From Octopus sinensis (taxonomy: Eukaryota): a DNA stretch of 64,000 bases. Shown piece after piece: positions 50,473-64,000 of the stretch (position 1 is the first letter of the stretch; each line of letters starts with the position of its first letter). Location: positions 50,282,001 through 50,346,000 of the forward strand of contig NC_043007.1 of the NCBI RefSeq assembly GCF_006345805.1. Direction: 5' to 3'. Made by a program: the position numbers and the translations under genes. The notes under the pieces were generated by a model. The model saw only the letters and a program-made list of their open reading frames with translations, had not been told where the DNA came from and made no database searches.

Positions 50473-50643
50473 TTAACTACAAGAACACACAGACACCCAC
50501 CCACAGACGCATATATATATATATATATATATATATACTGTGGTATTTCGGGATGGTAATTTTGGGGCCAAATAAACACACGCACTATATATATTTTTCT
50601 CCTCACTCGTTTATTACTATTCTTATTTTATTATTTTAACTCC

Positions 50644-51252
50644 TGTCCTATGTCCGGAAATCTTCCGTCACACAACTGTGACCTCTTCAGCGATACTTTT
50701 CGTTTTCGTGTGTATTCTTGCTCCGCTTACTCCATTCTGTTCTTCTGAGATGTGTATCCTTATGTGCGCATGCGTTTGTGTCCTTGTTTGCTTGTGTGTA
50801 TGTGTGTATGCGTGCGTGTGTGTGTCATAGGTTTTAGCAGCTGTGTGGCATTCCCCACAGCCACATCCTCTCCATTGTGCTGCCGCTGTTCTAAGGCCTT
50901 AAAAATTTATGGTACTGTTCCTGTATTCCTCTGTGTATGTATGTTCGCCCACAGTGTTGTCATCGTGGTAGTTGTTGTTGTTGTTGTTATTGCCATCGTT
51001 CGCACCGACGCTGCTGCTGGCCATGTTAGTCGTGTTATTGATATTGTTAAGGCCGTCCACGAAGTTTCATGTGTCTGTGTGTTTGTATGTGTATGGGTCC
51101 GCTACATATGTATCCATGTCCTTCATATAGTTTTATTTATTCATTTCTATCTATTTATTCATATTCTATCTATCGCTGTCTTACATTTATCACAGGTATG
51201 TAAAAGATATATATTTATATATTTATTTATTTATTTATTATTTATTTATTTA

Positions 51253-51295
<43 letters not shown>

Positions 51296-52773
51296 TATAT
51301 TTACTTAAATTGTTTTTATATATCTGTTGCTATTTCTCATAAGTACCACCAGTGATGTTCAACATTCTGATAGCCGACTTAGTGAGGATTATGAAGAATG
51401 TGTCTTGCATGTGCGACCCTGTGGAATTGGAAAGACACATACAATACTTCATCCACCGAATGCAGTTCTCTGGCTACAACCAAAAGGACAGGAGTGTACA
51501 AAGAAGTGTACAAAGAAGCCAGGACTAAGTACAACGCCATCATAGAGAGTGATGCTAAGAGGATCTTCCCGCTGTACAGGAGTAAATCCTGGAACAGCAC
51601 GGAAAGCAACAGTAATAAGATGAGTCCAACACTTGGTATGACAACAAAAAATACCAGTGTGTCATGTTTGTTGATGCTACGCCTGGCGGCGAACTAGCAC
51701 ACCTTTTTAGAAAAACATTAATCTACGAATTAAAAGTAGCAGAGAGGCCTGGTGCCCCATTAAAATCCCTGATCTACAATACATATCTCTTTGATAAGTC
51801 CCTCTATACGGAGTACAATGGTGTTATGTGTTGGATGAACCCACAGGTTAACTGTAAGGTAAGAAACGTAGTATATAGCTTACTATGTACTGAGGGACGG
51901 TGCAGAAACATGACAACTACCCACATTGGAGAAACTGCACGCTGCATAGAAGAGCGTGTAGGTGAAGATTCACGAGAGAGTTCAAAGAAGGAAAAAGTTC
52001 GTCAGTACTCTACCAACATGCTCAGGCAGAACATGGAAGTTCGATTAATAATGTAGAGGTTAAAGTACTATCGACACATAGAACTGATACGACACTTAGA
52101 CAGGTTACATAGGCTACACACGCAATAGTAGACAGACCGAGCCTCAACAGAAAACACGAATGGGACAGTAACACCCACCACTACACCGCACCACATGACT
52201 AAAGACATTAGGGATGAGAAGAGAGAGGGAAAAGGAGAAAAAATGTAAATTATACACAAAACACGCAGGGTAATTCATACACATTTAACATATATGCACT
52301 TACCCGTGATACGAGAAATAGAGACAAATGCATAAAAAAATGTTTTTAAAGTAAATGAATAAATATATAAATAGATAAATAAATGAATATCTAAATATAT
52401 GTCACATACCCGTGATAAATGTAAGACAGCGATAGATAAAATGAATAAAAAAACACTATGTAAAGGACATGGATACATACACAACACACAAACACATGAA
52501 ACTTCATGGACGGCCTTAATAATGTCAACAACACAACTAACACGGTCAGCAGCAGCGACGGTGCTAACGATGGCAATAACAACAACTACCACCATTGCAA
52601 CACCATTGGCGAACACACATACGCAGGGGAATACAGGAAATGTACCATATATTTTTTTCGGGTCTTAGGACAGCAGCAGCTCAATGGGTCGAGAGGATGG
52701 GACTGAGAGGAAGGCCACACAGTTGCTAAAACCTATAACAAACACACAAGCATACAGACAACACACAACACAC

Positions 52774-52815
<42 letters not shown>

Positions 52816-52977
52816 ACACACACACACAAACAAACAAGGACACAAACGCATGCGCACGTAAGGATACACATCTTAGAAGAACAGAATGGAGTAAGTGGAG
52901 CAAGAACACACACGAAAACGAAAAGTGTCGCTGAAGAGGTCACAGTTGTGTGACGGAAGATTTCCGGACAATGGACA
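50644..52977 (+). mobile_element. 5'-truncated PLE (Naiad-like) with ~690-bp inverted copy of its 3' UTR
   Basis: Arms 50644-51341 and 52309-52977 are reverse complements. Between them: RMQFSGY, PLYRSKSWN, MFVDATPGGELA, NCKVRNVVYSLLC..HIGETAR and RQVT*A..PSLNRKHEW. The clade label is inference. Confidence 0.9.
52925..52970 (+). ncRNA. Hammerhead-like motif with GAAG in place of GAAA (second copy 50651-50696, minus)
   Basis: gugucg CUGAAGA g gucaca guug ugugac g GAAG auuuc cggaca. The core is identical in both arms. Confidence 0.45.
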
Positions 52978-52984
52978 TGCATTC

Positions 52985-53370
52985 AGTTGTGACTGCTTTT
53001 GATCTTCCGTGAGCAAGCGAGGCACAAAAAGTTTGCAGCAACTATTTTTATTCGCAATTTCTCGCTCAAAATTCGTTTCCAGAAGCTCCAGGACACACCA
53101 GACATATCAACAAGTTCGTCAGTTGTTCGGCGATGGGCTTCCAAGATTAGTTCATGAATTTTTGTTATGTTTTCATTCTTTCGAGAAAACGACAGTCGTC
53201 CTGAACGAGGTTTATCTTCAAACGACAAGTAACCATTCCTAAAGCGTGAAAACCAATCGTTAACTTGTGTTTTGTTCATTGTAGAGTCTTTGTGAGCTTT
53301 TTGAAGCATGAGTATTTTTTCTGGCGCCATTTTCCCCAACATGAGAAAAACATGCTTTGCAATCTTCAGT
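52985..53370 (-). pseudogene. Mariner transposase N-terminal (HTH) fragment
   Basis: LGK.APE...ML.KAH, QV.DWFSRFRNG..S.EDKPRSGR, ENITKIHELI, VAANF. Confidence 0.9.
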
Positions 53371-53404
53371 TGGAGATAGTAGCATGTATTTCCAAAGTAT
53401 TCAC

Positions 53405-53640
53405 TACTTGTTTCAGTCATTAGACTGCGGCCATGTTGAGGCATCGTCTGGAAGAGTTTTTAGACGAATGAATCGACCCCAGTACTTATTACTTTTTTAA
53501 AGCCTGGTACTTATTCACCCATTCCGTCTGTCTCGTTTACCAAACCGCTATATTACGGAGACGTAAACGCACCAACACTGGTTATCAAGCAGTGGTGTGT
53601 AATAAATAAAGACACAAAGGCACACAGACACACTCACACA

Positions 53641-53660
<20 letters not shown>
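53405..53660 (-). mobile_element. SINE S1 tail
   Basis: gtttcagtcattagactgcggccatg... match to the S1 tail. Confidence 0.75.
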
Positions 53661-53673
<13 letters not shown>

Positions 53674-53949
53674 GTATATATGTATATATATATTCCATAC
53701 AAAATTGCAGGAGTTCCGACATAACCTGAGTTGAAAGAATAATAATGATGATAAAAACGTAATAAAACTCAATTTGCGTCACATCGGTCATAGTGGGTAA
53801 AGAAGAGTGAAACAACAAATGGCGTGGGTGCCAATGAGTATGCAGGCGAAGTGTAGTAAAAAGGTTTTGCTCTGCAGATGTTGGTATTTTATTTTAAAAA
53901 AAAAAGACTGCAAATATCGCTTCATCATGTTGAACCGTTGAACACTATC

Positions 53950-53998
53950 CCATTGTTTTCCCTCTCAATCCGTTCTGTCGAAGAGCGTAAGCCCGAAC
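53950..53998 (+). mobile_element. PLE family C HHR-region relic
   Basis: CTGTCGA A GAGC GTAA GCCC GAAC, preceded by a pyrimidine tract as in family C. Confidence 0.55.
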
Positions 53999-54009
53999 CA
54001 AGTGTTCAA

Positions 54010-54594
54010 CTGTTACTTATTTTATCGACCCCGAAAGAATGAAAGGTAAAGTCGATCTCGGCGGCGTTTGAACCCACAACGTAAAGACGGACGAAATGCC
54101 ACTAAGCATTTTGCCCGGTGTGCTAACGATTTTGCCAGCTCATCGCCTTTTTATGTACAGTTATATTAAAAACAACTTTACATTACTTTGAGGGGTTACT
54201 CTATACAAATTTATTGTTCTCAAACGAGCCATCGTCGAACTGTGATAGCTACTTTTTAAAAAATTAATAGATTCTCTCTAAAGTGGAAGAGGACCCGTTA
54301 GCTTAATTATTAATTTTGCCCCAAAAAGTAAGGGGAGGCAGTTTTGGTAATATGAAATTAAAGATAAATTGAGAGCATGTAGTGTCGATGGGTGTGTATT
54401 GCTTGGACATTAGAGATAGGGTCGTTCATATTTACATGTATCAAACATGGCTGTAGGATGTAGCAAAGTGCAGGAGATGATTGGTACGGAAACAGGAAAA
54501 ATGCTGCTCTTGTTTCATGAGTCACTCCGCAGCTCCTGCTCTCTCAAAGTTCTATCTAACGAAGCATTATTCAAGAGTATTAAATACATTTTAT

Positions 54595-54650
<56 letters not shown>

Positions 54651-55178
54651 CGAACGTATGTACGTATCGCATATCACACACACACACACACACACACACT
54701 TATTTGCTTATGTAAGTGTGTGTATATTGTATATATCTGTACGCCAGATGTGTGTCGTCTGTGTATGTGTACACGCTTGTTACAGCTCAAAAACTATACA
54801 AACCCATCACAAAGGAAAATTTTATTTTCGTCTTTGTTGTTTTCTCCACGCTCCATTATAAAAAATAACAGTAACATAAAGAAACAAACAATATTTGTAT
54901 AAAAAAACACAAAGCAAGTTATAGGGCTCTAAATAACAGGAGTTAAAACGGCCATGCACGGCAGCAAAAGCTGATGATCATCAACCGCAACATCGCTAAG
55001 CTACAATAACAACAACTTCGACAAAGCAGAAACAACAACAACAATACTAAATATAAAACCTTTAGTAAAGAACAATGCTTAAAATTACAAAGATACGTTG
55101 TCATAAAAGAAGCGTTTAATGCTATGTGCCAGCCGCAGGTAGCAATTAATCCGCCATAACAACAACAACAACAACAAC

Positions 55179-55217
<39 letters not shown>

Positions 55218-56465
55218 CTTAACAAAGGTTAAGGGTTTCTGTCTAAAACAGGATTGGCAACACCCAACTTTACTACAATAACATCTGCAACAGCGATATG
55301 ATGCCGTGTCAAAAAAATAAAGCGCACAAAACGTTTTTATTATATACTATATGTATATATTTTTTTATAGGGGCTGTTTGGAAAAAAAAAAGGACTTGTA
55401 CTTTTGACATGAAATAAGTAAGCTGACATTATAGTTTCAGACTCAAATCTTTGTTATCGAAGCAGTGCGCGCGTTTCAATGTAGTAAATAGGGAGTGGTA
55501 GAGCCGGTGATTGTCCCCTTTATGGCCACTGTAGGGTGGCAGCTAAACTGCTGGATTGTGTGACAAAATTTTCAATCGAGCTGAGTGTTATTTTCAGCAA
55601 CAAATGGTTATTATCCAACAACAATGTTTGTCTGTTATAACGCATTTAAAATGTTAAAATTCACACTAATAAAAGTTTCCTTCTTACATCAACCTATCGG
55701 CTCTTCTCCTCTTTGTGTCTTGTCCCTTATCGTTGTTAAACCTTACATCAACCCTGATAGAGTCGGCGTGTGAGCAAAGCTATTCCACCCATAAAATTTT
55801 CGTCTTTTTTTCCCAAATATCTCGGTCTCTCAACGTGTCCACTCTTGTTTTAAAGACACTAAGCTCGGTTTGAAGATTTGACTGCTGTTTCTAAAAAAAT
55901 TAATCGACCTACAGAGGTTTCCTGACTGACATGTTCTGCTGTGTTATAATATCAAACACCAACTAACCTTATATCTATGAAAACTACTTCATATATATCT
56001 ATTAACATTAAAGATAGGATTAAGGCTGTGAGGTGGTAGAATCATTACCGCGTCTGGCAAAATGCTTGGCGGCATTTCTTCCGATTTACGTTCTGAATTG
56101 AAATGCCGCAAGCATAGATATTACATTTCATCCTTTCGGGATCGATAAAATAAGTACCAGTTCAGCACTGGAGTGGATGTGATCGACTAACCTCCTCCCT
56201 CGAAATTACTAGCCTTGTGTCAGAGTTTGAAAGCAACATTACAGATCCTTTCTGAATGTAATTATTGATAGGCACAAAACCTCAATGAATTTGTATTGAA
56301 CAATTTACTTTACTCAAATTGATCCCAGTTAGGATTTTATCAAATTCCAGAGGGATGAAAGTCAAAGTCGACCCTGATGTGATTTGAAATCTGGTCACAA
56401 ATGGTCGTAAGAAAATATCGAGAAAAATTTAGTCCGATGCTCTAAAACGTTTGTTAATCCACCGC
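54010..56465. mobile_element. SINE S2 copies at ~54010-54150 (-), ~56025-56240 (+), ~56320-56465 (-)
   Basis: Matches to the S2 consensus motifs. The span also contains unrelated intervening DNA. Confidence 0.75.
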
Positions 56466-57131
56466 GTACAGAATATAACTATAAACGTTTCATTTTTATA
56501 CAGTATAGTAAAATAATAAGATAATACCGTTAGTAGGAGAGATTAAGAAAGTAAAGGAGGATGATGAAATACTGTAAGTTAAAACAAGACAATACTGAGA
56601 AATACTGAGAAGTTAAAACAAGACAAGAAATGGGGAAGCAATTTTTAAAAAAAGAAACTCCAAAAATCTTTGAAGTATTAAGTGTATAGATTTTATACAA
56701 ATACACATGTAAGTGGGTAAACAAGCGAAAGAAGGTGTGCATGCAGCAGATTTACTGAAATGTTAAGTCATTAATAACAGGTTAACTCGGCTCCACATCA
56801 CTTAAAGTTTCGCGGATGCAAAACACATTATATATCGTCTATATCGTCTGATGAACAGAAACAGTGTAGAGAATTTAAATGAAAGTGGAAAATGACTTCT
56901 GAGAGGGTGCTTTAATTAGCTAACTACATTTCTTTCGTAACACGTTCCTGTACAGGATCTCATCAGCATGGGGGATATTTTACAAGTTATTGGGCCCAAA
57001 ACATCCTTCCCTGAAACACACACACACACACAAAAGTAAATACTGAGTCAATTCAACGTCCGACACTCAAGGTAGGGTTGTTTTACAATCTAGAAATATA
57101 AGCTGAGTCTCTCTTTTAGTCTCTCTCTCTC

Positions 57132-57166
<35 letters not shown>

Positions 57167-58429
57167 TTCATAAAACACCTCCAATATCTTGAAAAAGGTG
57201 AGGAACACATTAGATAATACAATTATAAATATACAAAAGATGAGATGAGCATATCTGCCACTATGGATCAGAGCTGAGCTTGGACGTAGCAAAATGGGTC
57301 CTGTGTAGGTTTCGAACTAATAATTGTATTATCTGTAACTAGACATTCCTGCGAGTGCTGTTGTGGCTGCTGTTAAACAACAAGACGGGTAAAGGTGATT
57401 AGGTGATGTCTAGGGCATAGGGGCGGGAGACCCCAAACCTTGGAAAAAGAAACTTTGGTCGTCTTGTAGTCGAAGGATCTTCGTTGACACCCGACACCAC
57501 TGGGGGGTGGCCCTCGAAGTCGCTGGAAATTCTTGAACGGCTGCTGCTGCTGCTGCGCTGGTGGTACTGCTTCCACTCTCAGAAGAGTATCAAAGAGCAA
57601 GCTTGTGCGTAGTCTTTCCACTTGCTAGAAATAGCAGTAAAAACTTCCTCGAACCGCACCGCAACATCTTTTACAAAGTAGAAAAAAGCGATAAATCTAG
57701 TCCAATCTGTGCCTGGATAAAAGATGGAATGGTCACGATTGGTTTTTGATCATAAGTCAGCTGGATTAGAGCTGACCTTGAGTTAACATCATTATCATCA
57801 TCATCAACAACAAAAGCAACAAGATAATATAATACGAAAAAGGTGGCATGCACGCAAGCACATACACACACGCACAGTCACATACACGCATACACTCACT
57901 CACACACGCACATAAACACACATACGCACACACACGCACACGCGCTCTCCATCTCTCCTTACACACACACACACACACACATACATACACATAAACAAAC
58001 AAGAAAATACCTTCATATTTTCTTTTAAACTTTGAAAAGTTGTAAAGTTCTAAGACAATCCACAGGAATGTCTCAGTGTCGATTAGTTGGATTCTAAGAC
58101 AATCTGTAGGAATGTCTTATTCGCGTAGATTGCCTTCGCAATCTGGTGAAACATTTCACTATTACTTCAACCCTAATTGTGATGGATGGGCACGGTGGAA
58201 ATGGGAACCTTTAGAGGTTCTTAACAACGACCCATTACAACATACCAGCACACTGGAATGTTCATATTAATATGCTCTTGCTTTATTATTATTATTTTTA
58301 TTGTTATTATTGTTATCATTATTATTATTGTTATTATTACATACTTCTCTCTTCTGAACTCTCTCTCTCTCTCTCCCTCTGTCTCTTTGTCTCTATCTCT
58401 CTCTCTCTTTGTTTATATATTACTTTTTC

Positions 58430-58860
58430 AACCATTCAATTACGGCCATGTTGGGACAAGTCCTTTAAGAGTGTGGTCAAACAAATAGAGCTCAGTACTT
58501 ATTTTTTAAAATCTAGTATTTATTCTGGCGGTCTGGTTTTGCAGAACCACTAATTTATAGGGAAGTCAGCAAACCAACAGCGGTTTTGAAGCGGTGGCGG
58601 GGAAGAAACACAAGTACACACAGACATAGACATTCACATACACACACACACACACACACACATGCACGCACATACGCGCGCGCACATATAAACACATATA
58701 CATGCATGTACATATGAGGGGCTCCTTTTATTTTCGTTCCACCAAATCATCTCACAAGGCTTTGGTCGACCCGGGGTTGTAGTAGTAAGGTGCCATGCAG
58801 TAGTACTGAACGCAGAACCATGCTGGAAAGCAAACTTTTTTTTAAACACCGCCACTCCTG
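58430..58860 (-). mobile_element. SINE S1 copy
   Basis: Tail, microsatellite and head in reverse orientation. Confidence 0.8.
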
Positions 58861-58874
58861 CAGCTCTCTGTTTA

Positions 58875-58911
<37 letters not shown>

Positions 58912-58912
58912 A

Positions 58913-58961
<49 letters not shown>

Positions 58962-61900
58962 GTCTATCTATCTGTCTGTCTGTCTGTCCGTCCGTACATC
59001 TATCTATCTATCCATCTATCTATCTATCTATCTTTCTATTTATCTATCTATCTGTTCATCCATCTATCTTTTTATTTACCTATATATATCCATCTGTATG
59101 TCTGTCTTCTGTCTTTCTCTGTACATATATACACATATACATGTTTTATGCACATATGCACGTATGAATATACGAGTGTGCATGTGTGTGCGTGTGTGTG
59201 TGTGTGTGTGTGCGTGCGCGTGTGTGTGTGTGTGTGTGTGTGTGTGTACACGTTTTCTCATTCACTCCCTTAACACCTTACACTATCTGTCACCACCTAC
59301 TCCCCTCCTCCTCCTCACAACCTCCTTTTGTTCCTTTTCAAAGTTTCTGACATGGATTTTTCTTTCTTTTTTATCTTTTTCCAAGAATTTTCAGACTAAG
59401 GGGTCAGCTGACCTTGCATGTGACTTAACTGTTAACTTCTAAATGGATATTGGGAGTTAGATAGGTAACAGGGGTTTAGAAAGGCCCGTTTTTTTTATTG
59501 GTTCTGTGGTGGTTGTGATGGCAACGGTGGTGGTGGTGATGGTGGTGCTGATGGTGGTGCTGGTGGTGGTGTGGGGGATAATGTGGGGTTACACGGTCAC
59601 GACTGTGTTCTCAGCGGCGAAAGAAACGGAAGTGGAGGGTGGCAGGTAAAATTACGAGCATCGGTAGCGAGGTGGTCGCAGTGGTAAAGCGTGTTTACGT
59701 ATGGATATATGTATGTACATCTGCATGTATGCATGCATGCATGTATGTATGTATGTATGATGTATGTATGTATGTATGTATGTATGTATGTATGTATGTA
59801 TGTATGTATGTATGTATAAACGAATAAGTGAATGAATGAGTGTATTTGTTTGTGTTAAGGGTTCACAAAGTTATCGTCATTGCTACTGCTGTTGTTGTTT
59901 CTGTTCATTTTGTCGTTTTTATTTCGTTTTTGTGTGAGGACTATCAAATAGAAAAGTTGTCTTTGTCTTCTCTGTGTCAACCCCAATAACGTTTTAACCT
60001 GGTTCTATCTCTAGTGAAACTTTACTGTATAATTTCCCAAAAGTGTATAGCAATCATTAATAATGGTTTGTTGTACTGTTTGTAATTATTTTGGTTATTA
60101 ATGACCCCTAGTAACATAATGATATTTGGCGAAACAAAGGAGCCAAATCAAGTTAACAGTTGTATTAAATCAAAATAAATGTTAAAATAATGTTTATAGA
60201 ATGCAAATGCAAATAAATAAATATAAATATTGAATAAATATATATATAATTTATACACCGTAATGTTCCCAAGAGCCGCCGATAGTTCTTTAAGTACTAA
60301 TCATTTGGCCTCAGATTTACAATACAACATTCCAATGTGATAAAAATTCTCCGGTCTGGAGAAGTTAATTTTTCTAGAAAGTTTCATAATTATGTCATAT
60401 TAAATTGTTGACAATAAATTCCTATGGTGCAAATTAATCTGCAACGCTGAGGAAAAGGTTTGGTAAAAGTAAGAGATACAGAGAGGGGAGATAGATAGAC
60501 AGAGAGAGAGAGAGAGAGAGATAGACAGAGAGAGAGAGAGAGATAGTGATGTATGGTGAACGACGAAGCTGGAGCTAGCAGAGAAGGAATGGTAATTCTT
60601 AATCACGTAAGAAGGTTGAATTATGTTGATAGACATGAATATTTTGCACGTTGGGAAAACAGGCTGAAGAGAACAGAGCAGATTTCCTAGAAACTAAAGA
60701 GATGATTATGAAGGAAATGACAGGATATTGTTAATGAATGAGGAGATATTTATGGGTGACACTATACCACAAAAAATGGGCCACGGAATTTCCAATGGTA
60801 ATGCCAGTTAAATCTAGTGTATATTTTTGTGGTTTGGTTTGAGAAGGAATGCAATGACCATGACTGTTTTCATAAGAGAAGAAAAAAATAGGGGATTCTG
60901 TCATACATAGACCAAACTTCCTTGGATGCTTGCAGCAGAGTGAACCCTATCACAAGAACCCCAGGGCCAGAGGTTTGTAATCTTAAACCGGGAGACAAGT
61001 CAACATTATCAAAATTAGGAAGCGGCGTTCCATCGAGCTCGGCACATTTCTCATGAACCAAATCCTACAACCACACAGACACCCAACTTTTATTGACCTG
61101 TCCTACTAAAAGAATTTTGCCCAATACACTTTGCCGTGAGGTCGAATATAGAACAGCAGGATTGCAAATCATACGTTGTAACCTCACACCAATGTCTAGG
61201 ATTATGTCCCCAGTTCACTTCAACAAGTTACAACGAACCTGAAGTGAAACCCGATCATATCAGAAATAGAAACTTTTCGAAATTCACAACCCTGATTGTC
61301 TCTAATTATATAGACACACTGAAGGATGTAGTCTGAGGTATACTAAACCTGAAATGAAAACTGAATGGTCCCGACAGTAATGTCTTTGATTATATGTCTT
61401 CTTGATCAGGGCTGACTTAAATTAATACAATGATGTTATGAACATTCCACCTTTAAAATAACTTGGCGAATTACACTGTACTTGTGGAGAGAAATATTTT
61501 GAAATTTGAGATTCCGTGACTCTCATGCCTTTTCCTAAGGTCATTATAAGCAGCGTTAATGACGTCATCTCCGTCGGCAAATAATCTAAACCGAGTTGCT
61601 TTCTCCTCTCTCTCTCTCTCTCTCTCTGTTTCTCATTCTCCCTCTCTCTCTCTCTCTCTCTCTCTGTTTCTCATTCTCCCCCCCCCCTCTCTCTCTGTTT
61701 CTCATTCTCCCTCTCTATCTATCTCTCTCTCTCTCTCTCTGTTTCTCATTCTCCCTCTCTCTCCCTCTCTCCGTCTTTTTCCCTCTCAGCGAAGATGTCA
61801 ATGGCTTCCTTTACCCTCTTCACTCTTCGTTGTTCGTCACTTTGAGCTAGAAATATATTTTTCAATCAATAGACTATAATACCGCCAGACATAGTGACAC

Positions 61901-62294
61901 CAATCAAACCCCTCCCCTATCATCACACCACCGCACCACCACACACTTCTATACAACATCATTTAAAGAAAAAATGGCAAAACTAAAAGAGCTACCCTAA
62001 AATAACAACAATAATAATGATAATTATAAAAAAAATCCACTGGGGTGGTGGCAAGATATAAGAAAATGAAAGAAACGGATCTGTTTCATCTAAATAGCTT
62101 CAGTGACAAAAGATTTGATGACAACTAGTAATTTCCTGAACAAATGGAGTCGAGAACACGTCTGCACTTTGTTTGTTATGAAAACACTGCAGTAAATTGA
62201 AGCAAAAATTAAGTTGCGTATCACTACCGTTCTTTTGTTGCTACTTAATATAGGATTAACAAAAAAATCAAAGCTATAATAATAATTCTTGCTG

Positions 62295-62761
62295 CTATAG
62301 GCACAAGGCCTGAAACTTTTAAGAAAGGGGCTAGTTGATTACATCGACACCAGTGCTTGACTGGTACTTAATTTATTGAGCCTGAAAGGATGAACGGCAA
62401 AGCCGATCTCGGCAAAGTGCTGCTAGGCATTTCGTCCGGCATACTCATGATTCTTTCATCTCGCCGCCTTAGTGGTTTCAAATTTTGACACAAAACTGGC
62501 AATTTATGAGAGAAGTGGGGAGTAGGATACATTGGTCCCAATACTTGACTGGTACTCTTTTACTTGTTTCAGTTATTTGACTGTTGTCGAGCAAATCGAC
62601 CCCAGGACTTATTCTATCGGTCTCGATGCTAACACACCAGCATCGGTTGTCAAGCGATGTTGGGGGGACAAACACAGACACACAAACATATACACACATG
62701 CATACATACATACATACATACATACATACATACATACACACATACATACATACATACATAT

Positions 62762-62853
<92 letters not shown>

Positions 62854-63535
62854 TACGACGGGTTTCTTTCAGTTTCCGTCTACCAAATCCACTCACACCA
62901 CTTTGGTCGGCCCGAGGCTATAGTAGAAGACACTTGCCCAAGATGCCACGCAGTGGTACTGAACCCGGAACGATGTGGTTGGTAAACAAGCTACTTACCA
63001 CACAGCCACTCCTCTGCATACTGGTACTCGATGAAAGGAAAATCGACCTTGGCAGAATTTGAATTCAGAAACTAAAAGTCGGGTGAAATGCCTCCAGTAA
63101 TTTTGTCTGGCGCAGCAACGATTGTGCCAGCTCGTCGCTAATGATAATAACAACAACAACAACAATAATAATAATAATTCTTTCTACTGGAAGCACATGG
63201 CTTCAAATTTAGGGGAAGGGATTAAGTCGATTACATCGACCCCAGTGTGTAAGTGGTACTTATTTCATCGACCCCGAAGAGATGAAAGGCAAAGTCGACC
63301 TCAGCGGAATTTGAACTCAAAACGTAGAGAATGACTAAATGCCGCTAAGCATATTGCCCGGGGTGCTAACGATTCTGCCAGCTCACCGCCTTAATAATGA
63401 TAATAATAATCGTTTCTGCTGCAGGTACAAGGCCCGAAATTTTGGGGGAGAGGTATAGTCGATTATATCGACTCCAGTCTTCAACTGGTAATTTTTTTAT
63501 CGACCCCGAAAAGATGAAAGGTAAAGTCGACCTAA
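62295..63535 (-). mobile_element. SINE pile-up: S2 62295-62470, S1 62540-63010, S2 63030-63140, 63175-63390, 63405-63535
   Basis: Repeated matches to S1 and S2 motifs, all on the minus strand. Confidence 0.8.
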
Positions 63536-63541
63536 TGATAA

Positions 63542-63624
<83 letters not shown>

Positions 63625-63626
<2 letters not shown>

Positions 63627-64000
63627 GAAAAGGTCACAGAAAACGAGAAAGCAACCATACTCTGGGATATGCCGATACACACAGATAGAGAAATTAAGGC
63701 CAACAGACCAGATATAGTTGTCAGAGATCATGAAAAAAAAAATGCTTTCTAATTGATGTTCAATACTGGCAGATGACAACGTGTCTCTAAAAGAAATGGA
63801 GAAACTTTCAAAATACAAAGACCTAGAAATAGAGGTAACCAGAATGTGGAATCTAAAAACAGAAACAATCCCTATCATAGTAGGTGCATTAGGCATGATA
63901 AAAAAATATTCAGACGAATACATAACAAAAACACCAGGACTTACAAACATATATGACATACAGAAAATTGCACTATTAGGCACTGCACACATCCTACGCA
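63625..64000 (+). mobile_element. R4/Dong LINE 3' fragment (RLE), runs off window
   Basis: EKVTENEKATILWDMPIHTDREIKANRPDIVV..KEMEKLSKYKDLEIE..IPIIVGALG..QKIALLGTAHILR. Preceded by (AAT)n. Confidence 0.93.

Noticed and set aside
51664-52260. Selenoprotein-encoding Naiad (in-frame TGA plus SECIS)
   Set aside because: Some Naiad PLEs are reported to encode Sec, but the Cys positions I could read are TGT/TGC and I could not support a SECIS fold.
60870-61066. Minus-strand coding exon (DLVHEKCAELDG...)
   Set aside because: Splice signals are mediocre and the peptide is unrecognised. The opposite strand faintly resembles an eroded RTE LINE end.
61559-61568. Perfect CRE palindrome ATGACGTCAT
   Set aside because: A single short motif with no linked promoter evidence; a chance occurrence is plausible.

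Overview
This is an AT-rich, microsatellite-saturated eukaryotic window (intergenic or intronic) with one 100-N assembly gap. The SINE families and repeat landscape look like an octopod cephalopod (Octopus); that is inference, not verified. I found no host protein-coding gene I can support, and nearly all ORF-track entries are microsatellite translations. The window is a dense record of mobile elements. It holds three distinct coding Penelope-like element (PLE) families (GIY-YIG, with or without RT remnants), one more very AT-rich PLE-like element, five R4/Dong-clade RLE LINE fragments (four of them set in (TAA)n arrays), and a deleted L1/Tx1 LINE. DNA elements include Tc1 and mariner relics, a hAT MITE with a perfect 8-bp TSD, a hATm-like transposon with ~220-bp TIRs and a non-autonomous Helitron with both ends. 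At least three tRNA-derived SINE families are present. The most interesting signal is about a dozen minimal type-I hammerhead-ribozyme (HHR)-like motifs. They sit in PLE termini, in two non-coding 340-380 bp partial tandem units (retrozyme-like) and in both arms of a 316-bp palindrome. Several have non-canonical cores that recur across copies (CUGUNGA, CCGAUGA, U3-A8 UUGAUAA, GAAG). Coordinates were read by eye; fuzzy TE boundaries are approximate (about +/-20 bp).
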